Part shown: positions 54,112 through 63,697 of the stretch, piece after piece | How the letters are laid out: every line of letters begins with the position of its first letter | Numbering within the stretch: the stretch's first letter is position 1 | From: Gemmatimonas sp. | GTDB taxonomy: Bacteria > Gemmatimonadota > Gemmatimonadetes > Gemmatimonadales > Gemmatimonadaceae | Length of the DNA: 64,000 nt | Assembly (NCBI RefSeq): GCF_044344655.1 | Contig: NZ_JBIJCN010000002.1 | Coordinates: 32,174 to 96,173 of the forward strand | Reading direction: 5' to 3' | The notes under the pieces: generated by a model | What the model saw: only the letters and a program-made list of their open reading frames with translations | Databases searched by the model: none | Told to the model about the DNA's origin: nothing | Position numbers and translations under genes: made by a program

Positions 54112-54789
54112 CTACCGCGCACTCCGCGGAGCTGGCTGCTCTCCCGCGGCCGCAAGCCGTCGGTGAAGCAGCGCCACCACCACCCACCCCACACAGGCGG
54201 CGGTAACGACGTCACTCAAGTAGTGCGCGGTGGCCATGACGCGGGTCAGGCCGCACCCGGCGGCCAGCAGGTAGAACACCCAGCGGGCCCGCGGGAACAG
54301 GCGGGCCAGCGCAAACGCCGCGGCGAAGGCGACCAGCGCATGCGAGCTCGGAAGCCCCATGCCCCGGTTGGAGAGCGGCCCGTCGCTGAACGCCCGGAAC
54401 GCGTAGCCGAACTGCTCGGCATCGGGGCGGAGGCGCCGGAACGTCAACTTGAGCAGCTCGGCGGCCGCGCCACCGAGGGCCGGCCCCCACACCAGCAGCA
54501 TCGTCCCGGCCCGACGCATCGGCTCGTCCCGCTGGTGGAGCCAGTACGCCAACGCCAGCGCCAGCCAGGTGGGAAGAAAGCCCATGGAGCGCAGCAGGCG
54601 GCCCCAGTCCTTTTCGTACACCGACGGCACACGCACGAGACGCCACGCCAGCTCATCGAGCAGGTGCGCCGCACCGATCGCGACTACGCTCACCACCAGC
54701 CACCGTGCCCAGGGGATCGTCGTGGGCGATGGGGGCGATGCGGGGGCCGCAACACGTTCGGTGGCGGATTCGGCGGTACGGAGGGCCAT
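54112..54789 (-). CDS. PAP2 family membrane phosphatase
   Basis: KLTFRRLRP, PSSHA, RVMATAHYLSDV. Confidence 0.92.
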   Translation of the reverse strand: MALRTAESATERVAAPASPPSPTTIPWARWLVVSVVAIGAAHLLDELAWRLVRVPSVYEKDWGRLLRSMGFLPTWLALALAYWLHQRDEPMRRAGTMLLVWGPALGGAAAELLKLTFRRLRPDAEQFGYAFRAFSDGPLSNRGMGLPSSHALVAFAAAFALARLFPRARWVFYLLAAGCGLTRVMATAHYLSDVVTAACVGWVVVALLHRRLAAAGEQPAPRSAR

Positions 54790-54884
54790 GCCGGCAAATC
54801 AATCAGGGCATCCGGGAGACTGCCACCCCGCGTGCCGCACCAGACGGTCTGCACCGACCGACCGTACCGTGACATATTTGAGGC

Positions 54885-55256
54885 ATGGAACGCAATACCC
54901 GTCAGCGCGACGCCATTCGTCAGGTGTTCGAAGAAGTCCCGCGCCCGCTTGGCCCCACCGAAGTGCTCGAGTACGGCCGGAGTCACGTGGCCAAGCTCGG
55001 CATTGCCACGGTGTATCGCACCATCAACTCCCTCGTGGAGACCGGGTGGCTCGTGCCGGTCGAGTTGCCCGGGGAGGCGCCGCGGTACGAGCGCTCCGGA
55101 TCGGCACATCACCACCATTTCCGCTGCCGCGCGTGCAGTCGCGTGTTCGAGATCCACGGCTGCCCGGGTGACCTGCGCGATCTCGCACCCGCCGGCTTCC
55201 GACTGGAGTCGCACGAGGTGGTGCTGTACGGGCTGTGCAGCAAATGCGCCGCGTAG
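54885..55256 (+). CDS. Fur-family transcriptional regulator (Zur-like by context)
   Basis: TRQRDAI, GIATVYRT, HHHHFRCRACS, CSKC; ATG lies 6 nt after CATATT. Confidence 0.92.
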   Translation: MERNTRQRDAIRQVFEEVPRPLGPTEVLEYGRSHVAKLGIATVYRTINSLVETGWLVPVELPGEAPRYERSGSAHHHHFRCRACSRVFEIHGCPGDLRDLAPAGFRLESHEVVLYGLCSKCAA

Positions 55257-55300
55257 CAGCTGGTGTCCGCGCGGCGCTGACGCGGGCACGATCGCTGATC

Positions 55301-55861
55301 ATGGCAGGGCTGGTGACGGGCGCGCTGGCGAGCGCCGCCTGTGATCGCGCCCCCCGATTCGACGGGGTGGCCGTGGACCCGCCGCGTCCCATGCCCGCAT
55401 TCGCATTTCGTCTTGCCGATGGGTCGGAGTTCTCCACGGCCCCGCGGGCCGGCCGACCGCTCGTGCTGTTCTTCGGCTATACGCATTGCCCGGATGTCTG
55501 TCCGACCACGCTGGCGGATTGGAAGCGTGTACGACAGAAGCTCGGCCCCCGCGCCGATTCCGTGCGCTTCGTCTTCGTGACGGTCGATCCCGACCGTGAC
55601 ACGCCGGTGGTCGCGCAGCGATACGCGCAGCAGTACGACCGCACCTTCGTGGGGGTGTCGGGCGATGCCCCCGTGACCGCGCGCATCATGGAAGCGTTCG
55701 GCGTGGCCGCTGCGAAGGAGGAGGGGAGCGCAGCCAGCGGCTATCTGGTCAGTCACTCGTCGCAGGCGTTCCTCATGGACGATGCGGGCCGGCTCGTGGC
55801 GCTCTACCCGTTCGGCACGCGATGGGAGGCCCTCGCCGCCGACCTGGATCGGTTACTGTGA
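55301..55861 (+). CDS. Sco/SenC copper chaperone lipoprotein
   Basis: SAA|C lipobox; FFGYTHCPDVCPTTL, TVDPDRDT, YLVSHS; start may lie slightly upstream. Confidence 0.92.
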   Translation: MAGLVTGALASAACDRAPRFDGVAVDPPRPMPAFAFRLADGSEFSTAPRAGRPLVLFFGYTHCPDVCPTTLADWKRVRQKLGPRADSVRFVFVTVDPDRDTPVVAQRYAQQYDRTFVGVSGDAPVTARIMEAFGVAAAKEEGSAASGYLVSHSSQAFLMDDAGRLVALYPFGTRWEALAADLDRLL

Positions 55862-56301
55862 CGGCGCGCCCCGCGAGGGTCACCACCGTGGCAGTCATCA
55901 CGGGGCTGCTCGCCGCGTGTGCGACGTCCGAGCCACCGCAGACGGGACGACTCGTCACGACGTCGTTCGCCCGCCCCGCGGACTCAGCGGCCACCGGCGG
56001 CGCCTACCTGACCGTCGTGAACGCCGACTCGATGGCGGTGGCACTCACCGGCGCCACGAGCCCTTGGGCCACCGCGGTGGAAGTTCACGAAACGATGAAT
56101 CACGACGGCATGGCACACATGATGGCCCGCACGTCAGTGCCGATCGCCCCGCGCGACTCGCTGGTGATGAAGCCGGGCGGGGTGCACATGATGCTGATCG
56201 GGCTCACGCGAGCGCTGCGCGAGGGGGACAGCGTGCCGGTCACGCTGCGCTTCTCCACTTGTGACTCGCTGGCGCTGCGCATTCCCGTGCGCCCCAACTG
56301 A
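55858..56301 (+). CDS. PCu(A)C copper chaperone
   Basis: LAA|C lipobox; GGAYLTVVN, VEVHETMNHDGMAHM, KPGGVHMML; GTGA overlap with sco. Confidence 0.92.
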   Translation: MTARPARVTTVAVITGLLAACATSEPPQTGRLVTTSFARPADSAATGGAYLTVVNADSMAVALTGATSPWATAVEVHETMNHDGMAHMMARTSVPIAPRDSLVMKPGGVHMMLIGLTRALREGDSVPVTLRFSTCDSLALRIPVRPN

Positions 56302-56304
56302 ACG

Positions 56305-56685
56305 ATGGCCGACGCGTCGCTGTCTCCTCCGGCCACGTTGCGGCCACGCCCGCTCGCGATCGTTGCGCTGCTGCTGGCCACCGCCGCCGCTGTCTGGTTC
56401 ACGTGGCCGCGCCCCGACACGCTGATTCGTGTGCGGCGCGGCGGCGTGGCCGTCGTGACGGATGCGTTCGGCCGGGACCGCCCGTTGCCCGACACCGTCT
56501 TCGTGGGCGGCAGCGGCGCGAAGCGGAAGATCCGCGTGGTCAACGAAGACACCCTGCAGCACCGCCTCGCGATGTTCACCATCGCGCCGGGACAGCAAAC
56601 GGATTACACCGTGCCGCCCGGTACCTTCGGCGGCGCCTGCTCGGCGCACCCCAGCAACAAGCAGCTCACCTTCGTGGTTCGCTGA
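56305..56685 (+). CDS. Small membrane-anchored cupredoxin-like protein
   Basis: N-terminal TM helix; IRVVNEDTLQH, IAPGQ, GACSAHPSNKQL. Confidence 0.7.
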   Translation: MADASLSPPATLRPRPLAIVALLLATAAAVWFTWPRPDTLIRVRRGGVAVVTDAFGRDRPLPDTVFVGGSGAKRKIRVVNEDTLQHRLAMFTIAPGQQTDYTVPPGTFGGACSAHPSNKQLTFVVR

Positions 56686-56716
56686 GCCGGGGGTGAGTCC
56701 ACTGCCTCCCTCCACG

Positions 56717-57883
56717 ATGAATGCCGCGCTCGACGAGGAGCTGCGGGCACTCGACATGGCTGGCCTCAAGCGCTCGTTACGTCAGGTGCATCAACGGCGC
56801 GCGGGCACGGTGCGACTGAACGACGAACGCGTGGCCGACTTCGCGTCAAACGACTATCTCGGCCTCGCCGCTGATCCCCGCGTGGCGGACGCCGCGCGGG
56901 CGGTATTGCAGACCGAGGGTACCGGCGCAGCGGCGGCACGTCTCATCTCCGGTAATCATCCACTCCACGAGAGCCTCGAGTACGCACTCGCGCGGCTGAA
57001 GGGGTGCGACCGTACGCTGCTCTTCCCGTCGGGCTACATGGTCAACGTGGGCGCGATCCCGGCGCTGGCCGATCGCGGCGACGTGATCTACTCCGACGCA
57101 CTCAATCACGCATCGCTGATCGACGGCTGCCGGCTCTCGCACGCGACCGTGCGGGTGTTCCCGCATAACGATCTCGCGGCCCTTGAGCAGATGCTGGAGC
57201 GCGAGCGGCATCAGTACCGTCGCGCCCTCATCGTGGTCGAGGGGGTGTTTTCGATGGACGGCGATTGCTGTCCGCTCGATCAGCTCGTGCCGATCGCCCG
57301 CCGTCATCAGGCCTGGACCTACGTGGACGATGCGCACGGCACGGGGGTCCTTGGTGCGACCGGTGCCGGAAGCCTCGAGCACTTCGGCGTGAGCGGACAG
57401 ATCGACGTGGTGGTGGGCACCCTCGGCAAAGCACTGGGCACCGCGGGGGCCTATGTGGGCGGATCGCGGGAGCTCGTGGAGTTTCTCGTGACCCGCGCCC
57501 GGTCGTTCATTTTCACCACCGGGTCGCCGCCGGCGATGGCCGCCGCAACGCTCGAAGCGCTGCGCATCGCCCAGTCGGAAGGGTGGCGCCGCGAGGCCGT
57601 GCGAGAACGGGCGCGGCACGTGCGGACACGCTTGCGCGAGGCGGGCTTCACGCCGACCGGCGATGACGATGGCCATATCGTTCCCCTCGTGGTGGGCGAT
57701 CCGGCCCGCACGATGGCGATGGTAACCGACCTGCACCACCGCGGGTTTCTCGTCGGCGGTGTGCGCCCGCCGACCGTACCCGCGGGTACCTCGCGACTAC
57801 GATTGTCGATGTCGGCGGTCCATCCTCTGGAGCTCGTGGACGCCCTCGCGACCACCCTGATCGAAAGACTTCATGGCTCCTGA
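56717..57883 (+). CDS. bioF: 8-amino-7-oxononanoate synthase
   Basis: FASNDYLGL, SDALNHASLIDG, DDAHGTG, GTLGKALG, RPPTVP. Confidence 0.95.
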   Translation: MNAALDEELRALDMAGLKRSLRQVHQRRAGTVRLNDERVADFASNDYLGLAADPRVADAARAVLQTEGTGAAAARLISGNHPLHESLEYALARLKGCDRTLLFPSGYMVNVGAIPALADRGDVIYSDALNHASLIDGCRLSHATVRVFPHNDLAALEQMLERERHQYRRALIVVEGVFSMDGDCCPLDQLVPIARRHQAWTYVDDAHGTGVLGATGAGSLEHFGVSGQIDVVVGTLGKALGTAGAYVGGSRELVEFLVTRARSFIFTTGSPPAMAAATLEALRIAQSEGWRREAVRERARHVRTRLREAGFTPTGDDDGHIVPLVVGDPARTMAMVTDLHHRGFLVGGVRPPTVPAGTSRLRLSMSAVHPLELVDALATTLIERLHGS

Positions 57884-57891
57884 CGTTCGAC

Positions 57892-59196
57892 ATGAGTGAC
57901 TCCATTCTGCGGGATGATGCGCGCTTTGTGTGGCATCCCTACACGCAGCATCATCGGGCCCCGCAGCCCGTGCCGATCGCACGGGCGCGCGGCAGCTGGC
58001 TCTACGACACCGATGGGCGTGGTATCCTCGATGCCATTGCCTCGTGGTGGGTAACCACGCATGGCCATGCGCATCCCGCCATCACCGAGGCGATCGCCGA
58101 GCAGGCGCGCACGCTCGACCAGGTGATCTTCGCAGGCTTCACGCATGAGCCGGCGGCACGTCTTGCTGCCGAGCTGGTGTCACGCCTCCCCACGGGCCTC
58201 TCGCGGGTGTTCTACTCCGACGACGGCTCCACCGCCGTCGAAGTGGCGATCAAGCTGTCGCTGCAGTCGTTCTCCAATCGCGGTGAGCCACGGCGGCTCG
58301 TCGCGGCCCTCGAGAACGCCTATCACGGCGACACCTTCGGCGCGATGGCCGCTGGCGCGCGCGGCGTGTTCACGCACATGTACGAGCCGCTGCTCTTCGA
58401 GGTGGCGCGGCTCCCCGATCCGTCGGAAGGCGATACGCTCGCGGCGCTGGACCGGTTGCTCAACACGCGTGGTCACGAGTTGGCGGCGGTGATCGTGGAG
58501 CCGCTGGTGTTGGGTGCCAGCGGCATGCGAGTGTGGAGCGCCGAGGTGCTGCGCGGTATGCGCGAGCGGACCGCCGCGGCTGGTGTGCACCTCATCGCCG
58601 ACGAAGTGATGACCGGGTTCGGGCGCACCGGTCCCATGTTTGCCTGTGAGCTGGCCGGTGTGCAACCGGACCTCATCTGCCTCTCCAAGGGCATCACCGG
58701 CGGCGTGCTGCCGCTCGGCGCCACGGTGGCGACCGAGGCAATCTTCGACGCCTTCCGCAGCGATGATCGGCGCAAGACGTTCTTTCACGGGCATTCCTAC
58801 ACCGCCAATCCCATTGCCTGCGCGGCCGCACTTGCCTCGTTGCAGCTGTTCGATGCGAGTTGTGACGCGGCACGCGAACGTATCGCCACGTTTCATGCCA
58901 CGCAGCTGGCCGCGTTGCACGGTACACGCGGCGTGAAGCAGGTGCGGCACATCGGCACCGTCGCGGCGATCGAACTTGATGCGCCGGCCGGCTATCTCAG
59001 TGACATCGGGCGTGAACTCGCCGCCTACGCGTTGCACGAGGGGGTCCTGCTCCGCCCACTCGGCAACGTGGCCTACTGTCTGCCGCCGTACTGCACCACC
59101 AACGAGGAGCTCGGTCTCGTGTACGACGTCGTGCACCGCTTCCTTGACGGCGCGCGCGTGGCTCCCATCACCAGTGGAGGGCCCGTGGATGACTGA
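57892..59196 (+). CDS. bioA: Adenosylmethionine-8-amino-7-oxononanoate aminotransferase
   Basis: VWHPYTQH, ASWWV, DDGSTAVEVAIK, YHGDT, IADEVMTGFGRTG, LSKGITGG, HGHSYTANP. Confidence 0.96.
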   Translation: MSDSILRDDARFVWHPYTQHHRAPQPVPIARARGSWLYDTDGRGILDAIASWWVTTHGHAHPAITEAIAEQARTLDQVIFAGFTHEPAARLAAELVSRLPTGLSRVFYSDDGSTAVEVAIKLSLQSFSNRGEPRRLVAALENAYHGDTFGAMAAGARGVFTHMYEPLLFEVARLPDPSEGDTLAALDRLLNTRGHELAAVIVEPLVLGASGMRVWSAEVLRGMRERTAAAGVHLIADEVMTGFGRTGPMFACELAGVQPDLICLSKGITGGVLPLGATVATEAIFDAFRSDDRRKTFFHGHSYTANPIACAAALASLQLFDASCDAARERIATFHATQLAALHGTRGVKQVRHIGTVAAIELDAPAGYLSDIGRELAAYALHEGVLLRPLGNVAYCLPPYCTTNEELGLVYDVVHRFLDGARVAPITSGGPVDD

Positions 59197-59908
59197 CACC
59201 ACCGCCTCGATTCGTCGCCTCGGGGTGACCGGCACCGACACGGGGATTGGCAAGACCGTCGTCACGTGCGCCCTCGCGGCGCGGGCGCGGCAGCTGGGAC
59301 GCCGCGTGGCGGCGATGAAGCCGCTGGAGAGCGGCATCGAGGAGCGCCCGGTGTCCGACCGCGGTCTGGCCTCGGATGCCGAGCGCCTGCGGGCCGCGTG
59401 CGGCAACGTGCACGATCTGTCGCTCGTTCGTCCCTACGTGCTGGTGGAACCGCTGGCCCCCATGGTGGCCGCGCAGCGCGCCGGCATCGAGCTCTCGTTT
59501 TCCAGGCTCGAGCAGACGCGCACGCAGCTGGAATCCGGGCACGATCTGCTGCTGGTCGAAGGCGCGGGCGGGCTGCTCGTCCCCATCACGAGGGACGTGT
59601 CGTATGCCACGTTCTTTTCCCGCTGGTCGTGCGAGTTGCTCATCGTGGCGGGCAACCGGCTGGGCGTGCTCAATCACGTGCTGCTCACGGTGCAGGTGGC
59701 CGAGCAGGCGGGACTCACCGTCAGAGGCGTGGTGCTGTCGACGATCAGTGACCGTGAGCCGAGCGTGGCCGAGGCGACCAATTTCGACGTGTTGCAACAG
59801 CTGTTGCCCGGGCAGGCCCTGTATCGCTTTCCGTGGGTGGAGCGGGCGGACGACCCCGACGCGCTGGCGGCGGCAGCAGCAGCGAGTGGCATGGACGCAT
59901 TGCTGTAA
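59189..59908 (+). CDS. bioD: Dethiobiotin synthase
   Basis: VTGTDTGIGKT, MKPLESG, EPLAP, VEGAGG, LGVLNH. Confidence 0.95.
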   Translation: MTDTTASIRRLGVTGTDTGIGKTVVTCALAARARQLGRRVAAMKPLESGIEERPVSDRGLASDAERLRAACGNVHDLSLVRPYVLVEPLAPMVAAQRAGIELSFSRLEQTRTQLESGHDLLLVEGAGGLLVPITRDVSYATFFSRWSCELLIVAGNRLGVLNHVLLTVQVAEQAGLTVRGVVLSTISDREPSVAEATNFDVLQQLLPGQALYRFPWVERADDPDALAAAAAASGMDALL

Positions 59909-60007
59909 CGGTCGTTCACATCGGCCGCGTGCCATGGCGTTCCCTTCGACGCGTCACGCTGCCTTATTTGTCACGTTGGCTATTCCGTACCCTAGGCATT
60001 CCGTACC

Positions 60008-61072
60008 ATGACGATGCAGAGCAACTGGCAGTCTCTCGCCGACAAGTCCCTCGCCGGCGAGGTGCTTTCCCGCGACGAAGCGCATGCCGTGCTGACGGCT
60101 CCCGATGACCAGCTGCTCGATCAGCTGGCCGCTGCGTACCGCGTGCGTCGCGCGGCGTGGGGGAACCGCGTACGGCTGCACTTCCTGCTGAATGCGCAAA
60201 GTGGGCTCTGCCCGGAGGATTGCGGCTACTGCTCGCAGTCCAAGATTTCCGCCGCCGAGATCGAGAAGTATCCGATGATGGCGCAGGAGCGGATCATGGA
60301 GGCGGCCGACCGTGCGGCGCAGCTGAAGGCGGGCACGCTGTGCATGGTGATCTCCGGCCGCAGCCCGGGGGAAACCGTGTTCGGCAAGGTCCTTGATGCG
60401 GTGAAGGCGGTGCGCGCCAAGCATGATCTCAAGATCTGCGCCTGTCTCGGCCTGCTCAACGAGGAGCAGGTGCTGCGCCTCAAGGAGGCCGGCGTGGAGA
60501 CGGTCAACCACAATCTCAATACGTCGGCCAATTACACGCCGGAGATCGTCAGCACGCACACGTTCGAAGATCGCGTGAATACGGTCGAAGCGGTGAAGGC
60601 GGCCGGCATGAAGACGTGCAGCGGCGGCATTCTCGGCATGGGCGAGAGCGACGACGACGTGATCGACTTGGCGTTATCGCTGCGTGAGCTCGACGTGAAG
60701 AGCGTACCGGTGAACTTCCTCATCCCGGTGCCGGGCACCGAGTTTGCCGGCCATAATCAGCTTGATCCGCGCCGTTGCCTCCGGATTCTCACGCTCTACC
60801 GGCTGCTGCTCCCCACGCAGGAGATCCGCATCAGCGGTGGGCGTGAAGTGCACCTGCGCAGCATGCAGGTCATGGGGCTCTATCCCGCCAACTCGATCTT
60901 CGTGGGCGACTATCTCACCACGCAGGGGCAGACGGCGCGCGACGATCTGCGGATGATCGAAGATGCGGGGTTCGTGCTGGAAACGCCCGACGGTGAGCCG
61001 TTCACTGGGGACCCGTTCGAAGGCGTACCAGAGAGCTATCCGCGGGCGCCGTTGCCGTTGATCGAGGTGTAA
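60008..61072 (+). CDS. bioB: Biotin synthase
   Basis: [11 protein letters not shown] radical-SAM motif, [36 protein letters not shown]. Confidence 0.96.
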   Translation: MTMQSNWQSLADKSLAGEVLSRDEAHAVLTAPDDQLLDQLAAAYRVRRAAWGNRVRLHFLLNAQSGLCPEDCGYCSQSKISAAEIEKYPMMAQERIMEAADRAAQLKAGTLCMVISGRSPGETVFGKVLDAVKAVRAKHDLKICACLGLLNEEQVLRLKEAGVETVNHNLNTSANYTPEIVSTHTFEDRVNTVEAVKAAGMKTCSGGILGMGESDDDVIDLALSLRELDVKSVPVNFLIPVPGTEFAGHNQLDPRRCLRILTLYRLLLPTQEIRISGGREVHLRSMQVMGLYPANSIFVGDYLTTQGQTARDDLRMIEDAGFVLETPDGEPFTGDPFEGVPESYPRAPLPLIEV

Positions 61073-61244
61073 GGGCGGGCCACCCCTCCTCCGTGGCCAC
61101 CCGCTCGAGCGCCTCGATCGGCGTAGAGTTCGAGGGCAACGGTGCGCATTATGTTGCTCGTGGATCGTAGGGGATGGCGTATACGTTCAATCTGGCGGAG
61201 CAGCCATCCGCTCCCGGTCTCCTGTTTCCTGCCTCCTGTTTCCC

Positions 61245-61880
61245 ATGTCCATCGCCGACATCCGAAAGGATTACCGTCTCCACGCGCTGTCCGAAGCCGA
61301 CGTGGCGGACGATCCGATCGTGCAGTTCACCGCGTGGTTCAACGAGGCCGTGAAGGCGGAGGTGGTCGAACCCAACGCCATGTGCCTCGCCACCGCCACG
61401 CCCGATGCCTATCCGTCGGCGCGCATTGTGCTGCTGAAGGGCGTGGACGCCCGCGGTTTCGTGTTCTACACCGACTATCGTAGCCGCAAGGGCTCGGAGC
61501 TCGCGGACAATCCGTGTGCCTCGCTGTGCTTCTTCTGGGCGGAGCTCGAACGTCAGGTCCGTATCAATGGTGCCGTGCAGCGAGTCAGCCGCACCGAGTC
61601 GGACGAATACTTCCAGTCGCGCCCGCTCCCCAGCCGGATCGGGGCGTGGACCTCCTCGCAGAGCAGCGTGCTGTCGTCGCGTGAGGTGCTCGAGGCCCAG
61701 CTGGCCGAGAATGCACAGCGCTTTGCGGGTGGCCCAGTGCCGCTCCCTGCCCACTGGGGCGGTTTCCGTGTGGTGCCCGACGAGATCGAGTTCTGGCAGG
61801 GACGCGCCAGCCGGCTGCATGACCGTATCCAGTTCCGGAGGGAAGCGGGGCAGTGGGTGAAGCGGCGTCTCTCACCGTGA
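61245..61880 (+). CDS. pdxH: Pyridoxamine 5'-phosphate oxidase
   Basis: EPNAMCLAT, PSARIVLLK, FYTDYRSRKG, RQVRING, EFWQGRASRLHDR. Confidence 0.96.
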   Translation: MSIADIRKDYRLHALSEADVADDPIVQFTAWFNEAVKAEVVEPNAMCLATATPDAYPSARIVLLKGVDARGFVFYTDYRSRKGSELADNPCASLCFFWAELERQVRINGAVQRVSRTESDEYFQSRPLPSRIGAWTSSQSSVLSSREVLEAQLAENAQRFAGGPVPLPAHWGGFRVVPDEIEFWQGRASRLHDRIQFRREAGQWVKRRLSP

Positions 61881-61926
61881 TCGGCACGCGAGGGAACCCC
61901 CTCGCGGGATAATGAGTTCCGCGTGC

Positions 61927-62664
61927 ATGTCCCAGACATCGCACGCGGTTCTCATTTTTGGCGCCACCGGTGGCATCGGTGCGGCCCTCGCACGCCGGCT
62001 CACCGCCGCCGGCACCCCGGTGTTTCTCTGCGCGCGCCGCGAGGAACCCCTGGCCGCACTTGGCGCCGAACTGGGCGCCCAGTGGCTCACCGCCGATGCC
62101 ACGGACTGGGGCGAGATTGATCGCGCAACCGATGCCGCCGTGGCGGCACACGGTGGCCTTGGCGGCATCGCCAACTGCGTGGGCTCGCTGCTCCTCAAGC
62201 CGGCACACCTCACGAAGTTCGAGGAGTTCCAGCAGACGATCGCGCAGAACCTCACCAGTGCGTTCGGCGCGGTGCGTGCCGCCGCGCGTGTAATGCCCAC
62301 CGGCGGGAGCGTGGCGCTGTGCACCACCGCCGCCGCCCGCATCGGCCTGGCGAACCACGAGGCGATCGCCGCGGCCAAGGGCGGCGTGCAGGGTCTGGTG
62401 TTGTCGGCCGCTGCGACCTACGCCTCGCGCGGCCTCCGCGTAAACGCCGTGGCGCCGGGGCTGGTGGACACACCACTCACGTCGCGCATCACCGCCTCGC
62501 CCGCGGCACTCCAGGCCTCGCAGTCCATGCACGCCCTCGGCCGCGTAGGCACCCCCAACGATGTCGCTGGCGTGATGGCGTTCCTGCTTGGCACTGACGC
62601 GGCGTGGGTGACGGGGCAGGTCTATGGGGTGGATGGCGGACTGGGGACGGTCAGAAGCAAATGA
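61927..62664 (+). CDS. Short-chain dehydrogenase/reductase
   Basis: GATGGIG; HEAIAAAK (Ile in place of the YxxxK Tyr); RVNAVAPGLVDTP; start 61912 or 61927. Confidence 0.9.
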   Translation: MSQTSHAVLIFGATGGIGAALARRLTAAGTPVFLCARREEPLAALGAELGAQWLTADATDWGEIDRATDAAVAAHGGLGGIANCVGSLLLKPAHLTKFEEFQQTIAQNLTSAFGAVRAAARVMPTGGSVALCTTAAARIGLANHEAIAAAKGGVQGLVLSAAATYASRGLRVNAVAPGLVDTPLTSRITASPAALQASQSMHALGRVGTPNDVAGVMAFLLGTDAAWVTGQVYGVDGGLGTVRSK

Positions 62665-62670
62665 GCACCG

Positions 62671-62711
62671 GCGACACGCGCGTCAGCGACACGCGCGTCA
62701 GCGACACGCGC
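62671..62711 (+). repeat. About 2.7 x 15-bp tandem repeat (GCGACACGCGCGTCA) between convergent genes
   Basis: Two full copies plus one partial copy, read directly. Confidence 0.85.
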
Positions 62712-62725
62712 ATCGCCGTCGCGGC

Positions 62726-63697
62726 TCATCGCTGGCCTGCCAGCTCCTCACGGAGTTTGACGTAGCTGTCGAAGCGTCCCTGCATGATGGTGCCAGCCGT
62801 CACGGCCTCCCGAATGGCGCACCCGGGTTCGACGGTGTGAATGCAGTCGGCGAAGCGGCACTCGCCAAGGAACGGCCGAAACTCCGGAAAGCAGTGCGCC
62901 ACATCAGCGGGATCAATGCCCCACAGGCCCACTTCCCGAAGTCCCGGGGTATCCGCAAGGAATCCGCCGCCGGGGAGTGGATGCAAGACCGCCCCGACCG
63001 TGGTGTGCCGCCCCTTGTTGACGCTTTCGCTGATGGCGGCCGTCCGGAGATTGAGCCCGGGGAAGAGCGTATTCATCAACGAAGACTTCCCGACGCCCGA
63101 CGGCCCCGAGAGCGCCGAGCTGCGCCCGCCTACCTCAGCGCGCAGCTCGTCGAGCCCCTCGCCGGTCCTCACGCTCGTGTAATGCACGGGATACCCGGCA
63201 GCCGCATGCTCGGCGAACAGCGCCCGAGAGCGCTCCGCCGACACCAGGTCACACTTGTTCACCACGATGCGGGCGTCGAGGCCGTTGGCTTCCGCAATCA
63301 CCAGGAAGCGGTCGGCCATGCGCGGATGCGGCTCGGGGTTCGCCGCCGCAAACACCACCAGGACCTGATCGAGATTGGCCACGACCACCCGCTCACCGCG
63401 GGCGCCACCGGGGGCGCGACGCGCCAGCTTGCTGCGCCGCTCGTGGATGGTTGTGATGAACCAGGCGCCGGGATCGCGGTTATCCCACTGGATGGTCACG
63501 CGATCACCGACCGCCAGCTTGATGGCGGTGCGCTCGTCCTGCTTGAGGCGCCCCCGCAACGACGCCTGCGCCACGGCACCACTCTCGAGGCGCACATCCC
63601 ACACCCCACCCGTACCCTGCACCACCACCCCGTCCACCGACAGGTCGGGGGGCACCGGACCGTGCTGCACCTTCAGCACGCCATCCGAGTCATGCAT
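62726..63697 (-). CDS. rsgA: Ribosome small subunit-dependent GTPase RsgA
   Basis: LAVGDRV, VANLDQV, NKCDL, GPSGVGKSSL, GRHTT, DTPG, CRFADCIHTVEPGC. Confidence 0.96.
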   Translation of the reverse strand: MHDSDGVLKVQHGPVPPDLSVDGVVVQGTGGVWDVRLESGAVAQASLRGRLKQDERTAIKLAVGDRVTIQWDNRDPGAWFITTIHERRSKLARRAPGGARGERVVVANLDQVLVVFAAANPEPHPRMADRFLVIAEANGLDARIVVNKCDLVSAERSRALFAEHAAAGYPVHYTSVRTGEGLDELRAEVGGRSSALSGPSGVGKSSLMNTLFPGLNLRTAAISESVNKGRHTTVGAVLHPLPGGGFLADTPGLREVGLWGIDPADVAHCFPEFRPFLGECRFADCIHTVEPGCAIREAVTAGTIMQGRFDSYVKLREELAGQR

